The notes under the pieces were generated by a model. It saw nothing but the letters and a program-made list of their open reading frames with translations. It was not told the DNA's origin and ran no database searches. Of a stretch of DNA of 18,936 bases, positions 1 through 8,956 are shown one piece after another. The translations under genes and the position numbers were made by a program. This DNA is from Candidatus Latescibacterota bacterium (lineage in GTDB: Bacteria > Latescibacterota > UBA2968). Location of the stretch: contig JAYODI010000002.1 of the NCBI GenBank assembly GCA_038279365.1, positions 25,551 to 44,486 of the forward strand, written 5' to 3'. Within the stretch, counting starts at the first letter, position 1. Each line of letters opens with the position of its first letter.

Positions 1-2
1 AC

Positions 3-911
3 CCAGATGCCCCCACAGATGATGAAAGTGGTGCATTGTCCGGATTTGCCGACATCGATTTAACACCCGTGTTTGGACAATCTGGCCTTTATGGCAGTTT
101 TTACGGAGAATATGCCACCCGCCAAGGCGGGCCCAATGGTCATGGGTTGTATTTATCGAGCAATATAGGTGGTTCAAGACTCGGGTTGAGTGTTGAATAC
201 AAAGACTACGATAATATGGCTCTGCGCTTTAACGACCCTCCCTCTCTCATTCGTGAACACACCGCATTTTTACTTAACAAAGCCACCCATGTTCTGCTTA
301 CCCTTAACGAAAAAGGCTATCAAACAGAAGCCACCTACACCCAACCCAACTGGGGCACATTTACTGCCAATGTGACCTATGCCAAAAATAAATTGGGCCC
401 TACCATTACCACCGTTTTTAAAGAACGACATTTGGCATTCGATCTTGAAAAATATTTCGACTTGCATATGGGCGTGTTCTTTAATTGGGGCAAAGACGAA
501 TTATCAGGTATTAACAAAAGGCGTATTGCAGGTTTGATAGCTGAAAAAAACCTCTCATCTGGGCACACTTTAGGGATAGATCTTCAACACCAACGTGCAT
601 CACGCCCCTTTGGCAACCCGCAAAACTTTAATGACACATATCTCCTCTTATCCTGGAAACATCCCAAAGGATTTGGTATTGCCGGTGTAATAGATCGTAC
701 AACAGACCCATTTGAAGTAGACAGGGCAGAAACATTTGCCATTGAAACAGGCACACGTGCATTTTTAGCCCTCAACCTCAATGCCCGCATCAACAACCAT
801 TATGACGCCGTACTTTTTGTAGGTGAACGACGCGGGGGCACAGCGTGTACCTCGGGCACATGTTATCAGGTATTACCCTTTAAAGGTGTTGAAATGCTTA
901 TCAATACTTAA
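3..911 (+). CDS. DUF6029-like outer-membrane beta-barrel protein, 5'-truncated by the window edge
   Basis: The frame is open from position 3 (PDAPTDDESGALSGF...), so TTG 36 is not necessarily the start. Alternating amphipathic strand pattern. Motifs EYKDY..FNDPPSLIREH and C-terminal GERRGGTACTSGTCYQVLPFKG resemble the DUF6029 C-terminus (GG..C.GG.C...P.F.G). Confidence 0.7.
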   Translation, partial: PDAPTDDESGALSGFADIDLTPVFGQSGLYGSFYGEYATRQGGPNGHGLYLSSNIGGSRLGLSVEYKDYDNMALRFNDPPSLIREHTAFLLNKATHVLLTLNEKGYQTEATYTQPNWGTFTANVTYAKNKLGPTITTVFKERHLAFDLEKYFDLHMGVFFNWGKDELSGINKRRIAGLIAEKNLSSGHTLGIDLQHQRASRPFGNPQNFNDTYLLLSWKHPKGFGIAGVIDRTTDPFEVDRAETFAIETGTRAFLALNLNARINNHYDAVLFVGERRGGTACTSGTCYQVLPFKGVEMLINT

Positions 912-926
912 TTTTAAACAGAGTTT

Positions 927-965
927 AAAAAAAACCGACTGTAAAAATGCAGTCGGTTTTTTTTT
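927..965. terminator. Rho-independent terminator with bidirectional architecture
   Basis: A8-CCGACTGTA-AAAA-TGCAGTCGG-T9: a 9-bp stem with one G-U pair, flanked by A and T tracts, 15 nt after the stop at 911. Confidence 0.9.
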
Positions 966-990
966 GCCCCTTCTTCGTTCTCCCTTTTTG

Positions 991-999
991 TGATATACT
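991..999 (+). promoter_or_regulatory. Extended -10 promoter element for tilS-ftsH
   Basis: TG-A-TATACT (TGn plus a 5/6 match to TATAAT), about 50 nt upstream of the tilS ATG and just after the terminator. The -35 position (TTCTTC) is weak. Confidence 0.55.
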
Positions 1000-1047
1000 T
1001 AACAGAAACCAATACATCCAACTATACGTCTAATCTCCCAACCCCGC

Positions 1048-2460
1048 ATGAGCAACTTACACACCGATATACAGACGTACATTGAGAAAAATGAACTCAT
1101 CATGCCCCATTCTCTTGTACTGATTGCCGTCTCTGGTGGCCCAGACTCTATTTGTTTGTTACATGTATTACATGCACTGCGAACCGACTTACCCTTTGAT
1201 ATCCATATCGCTCATTTGAATCATCAACTCAGACCAGAGGCACAAACCGACGCTGATTTTGTTGTCCAAACAGCCAACAACTTGGCTGTGCCCATCACAT
1301 TGGGCACAGCCAACATCCGTATATTGGCAAAAAAGGAAAAACGCTCCATTGAAGATGCCGCGCGTCAGGCACGTAGAAGGTTCTTATTAGAAACCGCCCA
1401 TCACGTAGGCGCAACCCGCATTGCGCTGGGACATACGCAAAATGATCAAGCTGAAACCATCTTATTCCGCCTATTACGCGGTACAAGCCTTACAGGCCTA
1501 TCGGGCATCCGCCCCAAAACAGATAACTTATGGATTCGCCCCTTATTAGAAACCACCCGAACACAGGTCGAAAAATTTGTTGCCCATCACAAAATATCTT
1601 TTGTTCAAGACGCATCCAACACCGATTTGCGCTATGCAAGAAACAAAATTCGCCACCAATTGATCCCACACATAAAGACCCACTACACACCCCAAATAGC
1701 ATCTGCACTGACGCGTCTTGGAACCTTGGCTCAAGATGATGACAGCCTCCTCCAAAGCTTGAGTGAAAATGCCTTTCAAAAGGCTACCTTATACAGTGCT
1801 AACCGAAAAATAATTCTTGATGTTAAGCAGATTTTCGGTTATCATATATCACTTCGGCGCAGACTTCTTAAAAAGGCATTATTTGAGCTTGGCATATCTG
1901 AAAATGCCGTTACATTTGTTACAATGGGTAGGCTTCTCGAAGGCCTAAATCAAAATCATACCCGCATTCAAATTTCGGCAGACATATCCGCACATCATGT
2001 CAATGGACTTTTCATATTGGCGAAACCAACATCGCCCTTTCAAGTGCCTATCTGCCTTTTGGGAAATACGCCCTTTCCCATCCAAAACGCCCGCATTCTT
2101 GCAAAACGACAAAGTGCAACAAACACCTTGCAAGTAAAACCCAATGATGCGTATACCGTATTTTTTGACGCAGATCAATTGCCGTCATCACTATATATTC
2201 GCCAGGTTCAAGCAGGCGACCGTTTTCAACCCTTTGGTTTTTCAGGCACTCAAAAAGTAAACAAGTTGCTTGTTGAACACAAAATCCCTCACCCACTGCG
2301 CAGTGAAGTTCCTGTGCTTGTGGGAGACAATCAAATTCTGTGGGTGCTCGGTTTGCGTCGTTCAAATCATGCGCCCATTACACCCAAAACAAAGCACATT
2401 CAGAAACTCATGTTTGAAGGCGGATGGCAACGCTTGATCACCCATCCCGAAACGAGGTAA
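1048..2460 (+). CDS. tilS: tRNA(Ile)-lysidine synthetase
   Basis: PP-loop [52 protein letters not shown]-terminal TilS_C segment [20 protein letters not shown]. Lies directly upstream of ftsH. Confidence 0.96.
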   Translation: MSNLHTDIQTYIEKNELIMPHSLVLIAVSGGPDSICLLHVLHALRTDLPFDIHIAHLNHQLRPEAQTDADFVVQTANNLAVPITLGTANIRILAKKEKRSIEDAARQARRRFLLETAHHVGATRIALGHTQNDQAETILFRLLRGTSLTGLSGIRPKTDNLWIRPLLETTRTQVEKFVAHHKISFVQDASNTDLRYARNKIRHQLIPHIKTHYTPQIASALTRLGTLAQDDDSLLQSLSENAFQKATLYSANRKIILDVKQIFGYHISLRRRLLKKALFELGISENAVTFVTMGRLLEGLNQNHTRIQISADISAHHVNGLFILAKPTSPFQVPICLLGNTPFPIQNARILAKRQSATNTLQVKPNDAYTVFFDADQLPSSLYIRQVQAGDRFQPFGFSGTQKVNKLLVEHKIPHPLRSEVPVLVGDNQILWVLGLRRSNHAPITPKTKHIQKLMFEGGWQRLITHPETR

Positions 2461-2462
2461 AC

Positions 2463-4577
2463 ATGGCAGATCCCAAAGACAGGGAACAAGAAACACCAGA
2501 AGCACAACAAACCCCACCTGAAAAAAAAGAAAAAAACAAATCGGGTGAAGAAAAAGAAACCCGGTCCAAAAGACCAACCTTTTCCGTAACTGGCCGCGAT
2601 GACAACCGGCGCAACAACAGCGAAGGTGACGGCAAACGCCCGTGGCATCGCATTTCCAAAACATTGGCCTTTTGGGTCTTTTTTGTGTTGGTGGCCATTT
2701 TTGCCTCTAAGTTTTTTGGCTCTGATCCCACCACCGATGTCACACTCAGCTACAAAGACTATCGTGAACTTTTGCAAGCGCAAAAGATTCAAAGTGCTGT
2801 CATTATTGACAATGAATTTCATGGCAAGTTAATCACCGAAGAGATCACCCCTCCAGGTGCGGGTCCACAACGTGCCTACAAAGACTTTGTGGTCAATTTA
2901 GGTGTTATTGACAGTGAAACACCCAAAGAATGGCTGGCCAATGGCGTAGATTTTCGCTTTGAAAGCAAACCGTTTAACTGGCTCAATGTCTTTTTCAACT
3001 TTCTCCCATGGTTACTTTTTGTGGGGCTTTGGCTTTTTATCCTTCGACAAATGCAAGGTGGTCCCAAAGGGGCATTTAGCTTTGGCAAAAGCAAAGCCAA
3101 GCTTGTTTCTGAAGAGAAAACAAAAATCACCTTTAAAGATGTTGCAGGTGCAGAAGAAGCCAAACAGGAACTACAAGAAATAATCGAATTTTTAAAAGAT
3201 CCACGCAAATTTCAACGTTTGGGTGGTCGAATTCCCAAAGGGGTTTTGTTGGTTGGCCCCCCAGGAACAGGCAAAACACACATGGCCCGTGCCGTATCGG
3301 GTGAAGCCGGGGTGCCCTTTTTTAGCATGAGTGGCTCCGACTTTGTCGAAATGTTTGTGGGTGTGGGTGCCTCTCGTGTTCGAGACCTGTTTGAACAAGG
3401 TCGCAATCATGCACCTTGTATCATTTTTATAGATGAAATAGATGCCGTGGGCAGACACCGGGGTGCTGGCATTGGTGGGGGTCACGACGAGCGCGAACAA
3501 ACCCTTAACCAACTCTTGGTTGAAATGGACGGTTTTGAATCAAAAGATGGTGTCATTCTCATCGCCGCCACAAACCGCCCCGATGTGCTTGACCCTGCCC
3601 TCTTGCGACCTGGTCGATTTGACCGTCAGGTGGTGGTCGACCTACCCGATGTGCGTGGTCGCGAAGGCATTCTTAAAGTACACACGCGCAATGTGCCCAT
3701 TTCAGACGATGTCAATTTGCAAAGTGTGGCGCGTGGCACACCAGGTTTATCGGGTGCAGACCTGAGAAACTTGGTCAACGAAGCTGCCTTACTTGCCTCA
3801 AGAGACAACAAAGAACAAGTCTCTATGCTCGATTTTGAAAACGCCAAAGACAAAGTCATGATGGGTGCCGAACGCCGCAGTATGGTTATTTCAGACAAAG
3901 AAAAAAGGCTCACGTCTTACCACGAAATTGGCCACGCTTTGGTTGCCAAACTCATTCCAGAAAGTGACCCCCTTCACAAAGTGACCATCATTCCACGAGG
4001 AAGGGCTTTGGGTGTAACCCACACCATGCCCATTAATGACCGGCATACCTACCCACAAAGTTATTGTGAAGCCGTTTTGGCCTATGCACTGGGTGGGCGC
4101 GTGGCTGAAAAACTCGTGTTTGGCGAAATTACGACTGGTGGTCAACAAGACTATCGCACCGCGACAGGCCTTGCACGTCAAATGGTTTGCGACTGGGGCA
4201 TGAGCCCCCGATTGGGGCCTATTGCCTATGGGCAACAAAATGACGAGGTTTTTTTAGGTCGGGGCATGACACAACGCCGTGATTATAGTGAACGCGTTTC
4301 TGAAATGATCGATGAAGAAATCAAACGCATTGTTTTAGAAGCCGAAGCCAAAGCGGAAAAACTGCTTTCAGAAAATCTGGAAATCGTTCATATCCTGGCA
4401 GAAAACTTGTTGGAATTTGAAACTTTAGACGATTCCCAACTGAACCAGTTAATGGCAGGACAACAGCTCACAAAACCAGTGCCCCCACAAAATGGACAGG
4501 CCAAAGCAAAAATTAAAACCGACAATATCGATGAAAATGCAGGTGAAAACCAAGAAGAACCACCTGCCCAAAATTAA
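2463..4577 (+). CDS. ftsH: ATP-dependent zinc metalloprotease FtsH
   Basis: Two TM segments; Walker A GPPGTGKT; Walker B IIFIDEID; pore loop [25 protein letters not shown]; Zn motif HEIGH. Start placed at ATG 2463, behind a GAGGT SD that overlaps the end of tilS, rather than at 2424. Confidence 0.97.
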   Translation: MADPKDREQETPEAQQTPPEKKEKNKSGEEKETRSKRPTFSVTGRDDNRRNNSEGDGKRPWHRISKTLAFWVFFVLVAIFASKFFGSDPTTDVTLSYKDYRELLQAQKIQSAVIIDNEFHGKLITEEITPPGAGPQRAYKDFVVNLGVIDSETPKEWLANGVDFRFESKPFNWLNVFFNFLPWLLFVGLWLFILRQMQGGPKGAFSFGKSKAKLVSEEKTKITFKDVAGAEEAKQELQEIIEFLKDPRKFQRLGGRIPKGVLLVGPPGTGKTHMARAVSGEAGVPFFSMSGSDFVEMFVGVGASRVRDLFEQGRNHAPCIIFIDEIDAVGRHRGAGIGGGHDEREQTLNQLLVEMDGFESKDGVILIAATNRPDVLDPALLRPGRFDRQVVVDLPDVRGREGILKVHTRNVPISDDVNLQSVARGTPGLSGADLRNLVNEAALLASRDNKEQVSMLDFENAKDKVMMGAERRSMVISDKEKRLTSYHEIGHALVAKLIPESDPLHKVTIIPRGRALGVTHTMPINDRHTYPQSYCEAVLAYALGGRVAEKLVFGEITTGGQQDYRTATGLARQMVCDWGMSPRLGPIAYGQQNDEVFLGRGMTQRRDYSERVSEMIDEEIKRIVLEAEAKAEKLLSENLEIVHILAENLLEFETLDDSQLNQLMAGQQLTKPVPPQNGQAKAKIKTDNIDENAGENQEEPPAQN

Positions 4578-4602
4578 ACAAATTCAATAAGTACAACCTC
4601 AA

Positions 4603-4632
4603 AAAGGGATGGCTGTGGCCATCCCTTTCTTT
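4603..4632 (+). terminator. Hairpin / probable intrinsic terminator between ftsH and folP
   Basis: AAAGGGATGGC-TGTG-GCCATCCCTTT is a perfect 11-bp stem, followed by an interrupted U-tract (CTTTGTCTT). Confidence 0.65.
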
Positions 4633-4649
4633 GTCTTCTGCCCCCACTT

Positions 4650-5519
4650 ATGCAGCGTCCATTCTTTCATATCCAATGTACCAACACCCAACTCACACTT
4701 GGGACCAATACCCAAATCATGGGTATTCTCAATACCACACCCGACTCATTCTCAGATGGGGGCAAATACCTCGATCCATTCTTGGCCCTTGATCGGGCCA
4801 ATGAAATGATCGCCCAAGGGGCCAATATTATTGATATCGGGGGCGAATCGACACGTCCCAAAGGGCCTTATGGTGAAGGTGCCGTTGATATTTCTCAAGA
4901 CGAAGAAATCAGGCGTACCATCCCCATCATTAAAAAATTAGCCCCTAAGGTAACGACACCCATCTCTATAGATACCACCAAAAGTGAGGTTGCAAAACAC
5001 GCCATCGAAGCAGGAGCTTCCATAGTCAACGACATCAGCGCATTGCGTTTTGACCCCCAAATGGCGACAATTGTGGCAAAATATCAGGTGCCTGTTGTTT
5101 TAATGCATATGAAAGGCACCCCCAAAACGATGCAGCAAAACCCAGAATACGACCAGGTTATTGCTGAAATGATATCCTTTTTGGACACACAGATTCACAA
5201 GGCTATTCAGGCTGGCATACACAAAAAAAATATCCTAATTGACCCAGGGTTTGGTTTTGGAAAACGTTTTAAACACAATATAGAGATCCTTGCAAACATA
5301 AAAGAATTTCACACACTCCAGTGCCCCATTTTGGTGGGCCCCTCCCGAAAACAATTTACAGGCCCCCAGGTATCTCCCACAGATCGCCTTCCTGGCACAT
5401 TGGCCGCACTGACAAAATGCATTTTATCGGGTGCTCACATTGTGCGGGTTCATGATGTGTGGCAAGCCCATCAAGCCGCTCAATTGGCAGACCACATCTT
5501 AAACCATCCCCCCTGCTAA
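4650..5519 (+). CDS. folP: Dihydropteroate synthase
   Basis: MGILNTTPDSFSDGG; DIGGESTRP; ISIDT; VNDISA; LMHM; DPGFGFGK; SRK; RVHDV. Conserved ftsH-folP synteny. Confidence 0.97.
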   Translation: MQRPFFHIQCTNTQLTLGTNTQIMGILNTTPDSFSDGGKYLDPFLALDRANEMIAQGANIIDIGGESTRPKGPYGEGAVDISQDEEIRRTIPIIKKLAPKVTTPISIDTTKSEVAKHAIEAGASIVNDISALRFDPQMATIVAKYQVPVVLMHMKGTPKTMQQNPEYDQVIAEMISFLDTQIHKAIQAGIHKKNILIDPGFGFGKRFKHNIEILANIKEFHTLQCPILVGPSRKQFTGPQVSPTDRLPGTLAALTKCILSGAHIVRVHDVWQAHQAAQLADHILNHPPC

Positions 5520-5523
5520 CCGC

Positions 5524-5553
5524 TTGACAAACACCCCTGCTCCCCTTTAGATT
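5524..5553 (+). promoter_or_regulatory. Sigma70-type promoter for the two-gene DUF2225/GGDEF unit
   Basis: Perfect TTGACA (5524-5529), 18-nt spacer, TAGATT (5548-5553), immediately after the folP stop. Confidence 0.65.
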
Positions 5554-5602
5554 CTCTTTCATAAATACCCTTTTGGCATCCACAACCCACTGGAGGTTTT
5601 GC

Positions 5603-5803
5603 ATGCGCATTAAAGACATTAAATTACTTGACGATGGTATACAACAGTCTGTTGCCATTGAATTTGGAACTGGTGAAGTGCGTACCGTTTCAGCTCAACA
5701 GCTCTATGAAGTCACCCGCACATTGGGGCAAAACGCATCGGGAGCAAAAACAGCTGCCCAGCGTCGTGCCGAAGAACTCTTGGCCATGCGTCGAAAACGA
5801 TAA
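5603..5803 (+). CDS. Small hypothetical protein (66 aa)
   Basis: Strong SD GGAGG (5592-5596) 6 nt before ATG 5603. Fills the gap between the promoter and the next gene. Sequence MRIKDIKLLDDG...LLAMRRKR; no family recognised. Confidence 0.75.
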   Translation: MRIKDIKLLDDGIQQSVAIEFGTGEVRTVSAQQLYEVTRTLGQNASGAKTAAQRRAEELLAMRRKR

Positions 5804-5818
5804 AAGCGATTAATATTT

Positions 5819-7495
5819 ATGAGCTTACTTGATGTCATCACACCCCATCTTTGCAGAGAATACACCGTCAAATGCCCAGCCTGTGATATTGACAATGTAT
5901 TTCCAAGACTAAAACCCGATATCTATAGTGCACGCGACACCGAGCCCGACGGACACCCTCATGCTGTTCGCTGGCGTGCCGATATAGAATTTCCCAATTG
6001 GCTTACCCCTTTAAACTACTTTTGGGCCATTTGCAAAAATTGTTTTTATACGGGTCAACTCGATGACACAGAGTTTAGGACCTGGAAAAAATCAGAACGC
6101 AAGTTTCGCAGCCAATATCGCCAAGGCGCCCTCGATGCCCTATCCGATTTGGCAACGCAAAAAAAAGGGGTGGCCCGAAAATTGGGTACAGCCGTTCTTG
6201 CCGACGATATCTTTGGCACCATTTTGGTTCAATTCTATTTGGGTATTTTCTCCGAATGCCTCAAAGAACGCCCAGTTCCTGGCAGTTTGGCACGGTCCTA
6301 TCTGCGCATCGCTTGGGTCTATCGTGACGAAGAAAAATTGTATTCCGAGTTTGCCCCCACATCAACTGTTCGCCAGCTGTTGAAAGATACGGCCTCAGAA
6401 TGGGCAAAGTCGTTACCCCAAGATGAAAGCATTCCCCTTCGTCCCCCCTTGGCAACAGACGAAATTTCCGCATTAAGAGCAGCTTTGGCCTATTTTGAAT
6501 GGAATTACAGCCAACTACAGTCCAATGCCTTAGAAGACACCTTGCGGCTTATGACCCTCATTTCTGAAATTGGGTACCGAATTTATGAGCTTTCTGGTGC
6601 CGATGAAGATTTTACCAAAGGCCAAGGTTTGTTTAGTGGTGTGATGCAAAAAAGCATGGGCATCATTAACGACAAGTCGATTGTGGGTGGCGCCGTGAAC
6701 CGGGCCAAAGACACGCTCGAAAAAGCTGGTGAGCGTGGCAGAGAACTTCGCGCCTTGCAAAAAAAGTGGGCAAAAGTACCCGCAGATCAACGAAATACTG
6801 CCCCAAAACAAACAGCAACTCCCCCCCCAGCCAAAGCACCCCAGATTCAGGAAACGCCCAAAACGCCTGCACCAGAAGCAAAAGCATCCAAACCGTCTGT
6901 ATTTGACCTACCGCAAGGCAATACCAAAGAATTAGAAGAACGCATTGCACAATTGGATATCGAAAACAAACGATGGATGAAGTTGGCTGGGTTTTCAGAA
7001 ATCACGGGCCTACCCAATCGTGTCATGTTGTCTCGGGTATTCTTGCCCGGAGCGATTCGCCAGGCCGCACCCAAAAACGAACCCTTGGGTTGCATTTTTT
7101 TGTCTCCCCAAGGCATGGAAGGTATTAATGGCAAATATGGGCGAACCCGAGGCGACGATGTATTGCGCAAATTGGCCGAAAGCCTTAAAGAACTCGTACG
7201 CAAAGGAGAACGACTCGTCCACTTAGACAGCGTCAATTTTGGCCTATTGGTCCCTAGAATGACCGCCCACCAATTGGGCAAACGCGCCGAATCCATTCAC
7301 AAAGATCTCACATCCAGACGATTTGACTTTGGCGATGGCGGTGCATTATCGGTTAAAATCAGCATGGGAGTAGCCACCCTTCCCAAAGCCAGTGGCAAAC
7401 CAGCCAAAACCCTCCTCGATGATTTATATGGGCGCACGCAAAAAGCTTTGGACGAAGCCAAAATAGAAGGCAATCACATCCAGATTGCGGAATAA
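5819..7495 (+). CDS. DUF2225-like (Zn-ribbon + TPR-like) protein fused to a degenerate GGDEF domain
   Basis: N-terminal CPAC...PLNYFWAICKNCFY, LRIAWVYR, ALAYFE and LISEIGYR match the DUF2225 pattern. Then a P/A/K-rich linker, a coiled coil, and a C-terminal GGDEF fold (ITGLPNR, INGKYG..RGDDVL, ISMGVA, ALDEAKIEGNH) in which the signature is replaced by DSVNF. Confidence 0.8.
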   Translation: MSLLDVITPHLCREYTVKCPACDIDNVFPRLKPDIYSARDTEPDGHPHAVRWRADIEFPNWLTPLNYFWAICKNCFYTGQLDDTEFRTWKKSERKFRSQYRQGALDALSDLATQKKGVARKLGTAVLADDIFGTILVQFYLGIFSECLKERPVPGSLARSYLRIAWVYRDEEKLYSEFAPTSTVRQLLKDTASEWAKSLPQDESIPLRPPLATDEISALRAALAYFEWNYSQLQSNALEDTLRLMTLISEIGYRIYELSGADEDFTKGQGLFSGVMQKSMGIINDKSIVGGAVNRAKDTLEKAGERGRELRALQKKWAKVPADQRNTAPKQTATPPPAKAPQIQETPKTPAPEAKASKPSVFDLPQGNTKELEERIAQLDIENKRWMKLAGFSEITGLPNRVMLSRVFLPGAIRQAAPKNEPLGCIFLSPQGMEGINGKYGRTRGDDVLRKLAESLKELVRKGERLVHLDSVNFGLLVPRMTAHQLGKRAESIHKDLTSRRFDFGDGGALSVKISMGVATLPKASGKPAKTLLDDLYGRTQKALDEAKIEGNHIQIAE

Positions 7496-7547
7496 AACAA
7501 GCCATTATTTTGGGGTAACTTTAAGAATATTCACCCAACGCTCAAAC

Positions 7548-7576
7548 TTGCTCTATCCCCCGCTTTCATGTATATT
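7548..7576 (+). promoter_or_regulatory. Putative sigma70 promoter of the efflux operon
   Basis: TTGCTC-17 nt-TATATT, about 40 nt upstream of ATG 7618. Confidence 0.45.
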
Positions 7577-7617
7577 CAACCGACCCATTTCTGCTCATTC
7601 CCTCCAGAAACAAATCC

Positions 7618-8949
7618 ATGACGGTACGCATTCTGACGCTCTTATTTTTGATTTGTGCAGATGTACTCTCCCTTTACGCACAAATGCCCCTACAGCTTAC
7701 GCTTTCAGAAAGCTTACAACGCGCACAAAAAAACAATGAAGCCCTCCTTATTGCCCAACAAGATTTAGAAACTGCCCACCAACGTATTCGAGAATCCTTG
7801 TCCGACGGCCTCCCCCAATTGAGTGCCAGTCTCAGTTATGACCGCAATTGGCTCTTACCCAACTTTGTATTTGGAAACCAATCGGTCACCATTGGTGCCC
7901 ACAACAGCCTCACAGGCAATTTGGGTATCCGACAATCACTTTACTCGGGCGGTAAACTTTTTGCATCTCTTCGGGTTGCCCGTCTCTTTCGCCAATATTC
8001 TCAGGAAAACGTTCGATTTATTGAGCAACGCGTTTTAAGCGATGTCGAAACAGCTTTTTACGATGTGTTGCTTGCACATGAATTGTTACGCGTCAGCAAA
8101 CTCTCATTATCTCGTGCCCAAGCCAACTACAAACGGGTTCAAAACCTGTTCAATGCGGGCCGAGTCTCAGAATATGATCTGTTGCGTGCACAAACCCAAG
8201 TGGCCGAAATACGTCCTGATTCCATTCTTGCAGCCAACAATTTAAAGTTGGCAACGCTCACATTTAAAAACCAAATTGGTCTCACGCCAGACATGGCCAT
8301 CGACATCATTGGATCATTTCGATTAACATCGCCTGTTTTGTCACAATCTGAAACCGAACAAATTGCCATAGGCCATCAGTTTCGCCCAGAAATTCGCCAG
8401 CAAAACACGATGATTCCAATGCGCCAAAATGCTGAAAAAATATCCCAATCCAGCAGTCGCCCCAAACTCGAACTTGTCATTAATGGGCAATGGCAGGCCC
8501 AAAAAGACAATTTTAAATTTAATGCCAATGATTTTCGACAAAGTTGGTTTTCTGGGCTCACCCTGAGTGTGCCACTCTTTGATGGATTTCGCACAAATGC
8601 CCAAGTGGCTCAATCTCGAGCCGACACACGTCGCGCCGAACTGGGGTTGCAACAAATAGAGCGTGCCATTGGTCTTGAAATAGCGCGAGCCCACCAAACA
8701 TTATCAGAAGCGCTGGCTCGAAAAGAAGCCCAAATGCAAACCGTCAACTTGGCACAAAAGGGGCTTAAAATTGCTGAAACACGTTACAGCAATGGCATTG
8801 GCACACAACTTGAAATAATTGATGGACAACTCACCGTTCAACGCGCAGAAACCGAATTGGTGCAAGCCAAACGCGATGTGGCCATTGCTATCGTTCGTTT
8901 AGAACACAGCATGGGTATTTTGGGAGAAACCCCCGTCACACAACCTTGA
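7618..8949 (+). CDS. TolC-family outer membrane efflux protein
   Basis: Signal peptide; LTLSESLQRAQKNN; two OEP repeats with LPQLS/PKLEL, SLYSGG/PLFDGF, FNAGRVSEYDLLRA and RYSNGIGTQLEIID. Confidence 0.93.
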   Translation: MTVRILTLLFLICADVLSLYAQMPLQLTLSESLQRAQKNNEALLIAQQDLETAHQRIRESLSDGLPQLSASLSYDRNWLLPNFVFGNQSVTIGAHNSLTGNLGIRQSLYSGGKLFASLRVARLFRQYSQENVRFIEQRVLSDVETAFYDVLLAHELLRVSKLSLSRAQANYKRVQNLFNAGRVSEYDLLRAQTQVAEIRPDSILAANNLKLATLTFKNQIGLTPDMAIDIIGSFRLTSPVLSQSETEQIAIGHQFRPEIRQQNTMIPMRQNAEKISQSSSRPKLELVINGQWQAQKDNFKFNANDFRQSWFSGLTLSVPLFDGFRTNAQVAQSRADTRRAELGLQQIERAIGLEIARAHQTLSEALARKEAQMQTVNLAQKGLKIAETRYSNGIGTQLEIIDGQLTVQRAETELVQAKRDVAIAIVRLEHSMGILGETPVTQP

Positions 8950-8956
8950 GGACACG

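Noticed and set aside
909-911. Selenocysteine/pyrrolysine recoding of the early stop
   Set aside because: The codon is TAA, not TGA or TAG, and the downstream hairpin is an ordinary terminator.
2424-2462. ORF-track start of ftsH at 2424
   Set aside because: It overlaps tilS by 37 nt, whereas ATG 2463 has a properly spaced GAGGT SD.
5573-5602. TTG start at 5573 for the small ORF
   Set aside because: The GGAGG SD lies downstream of it and points to ATG 5603.
6990-7495. Calling the GGDEF domain an active diguanylate cyclase, or a pseudogene
   Set aside because: The catalytic and metal-binding residues are absent, so it is not an active cyclase. The frame and fold residues are intact, so it is not a pseudogene.
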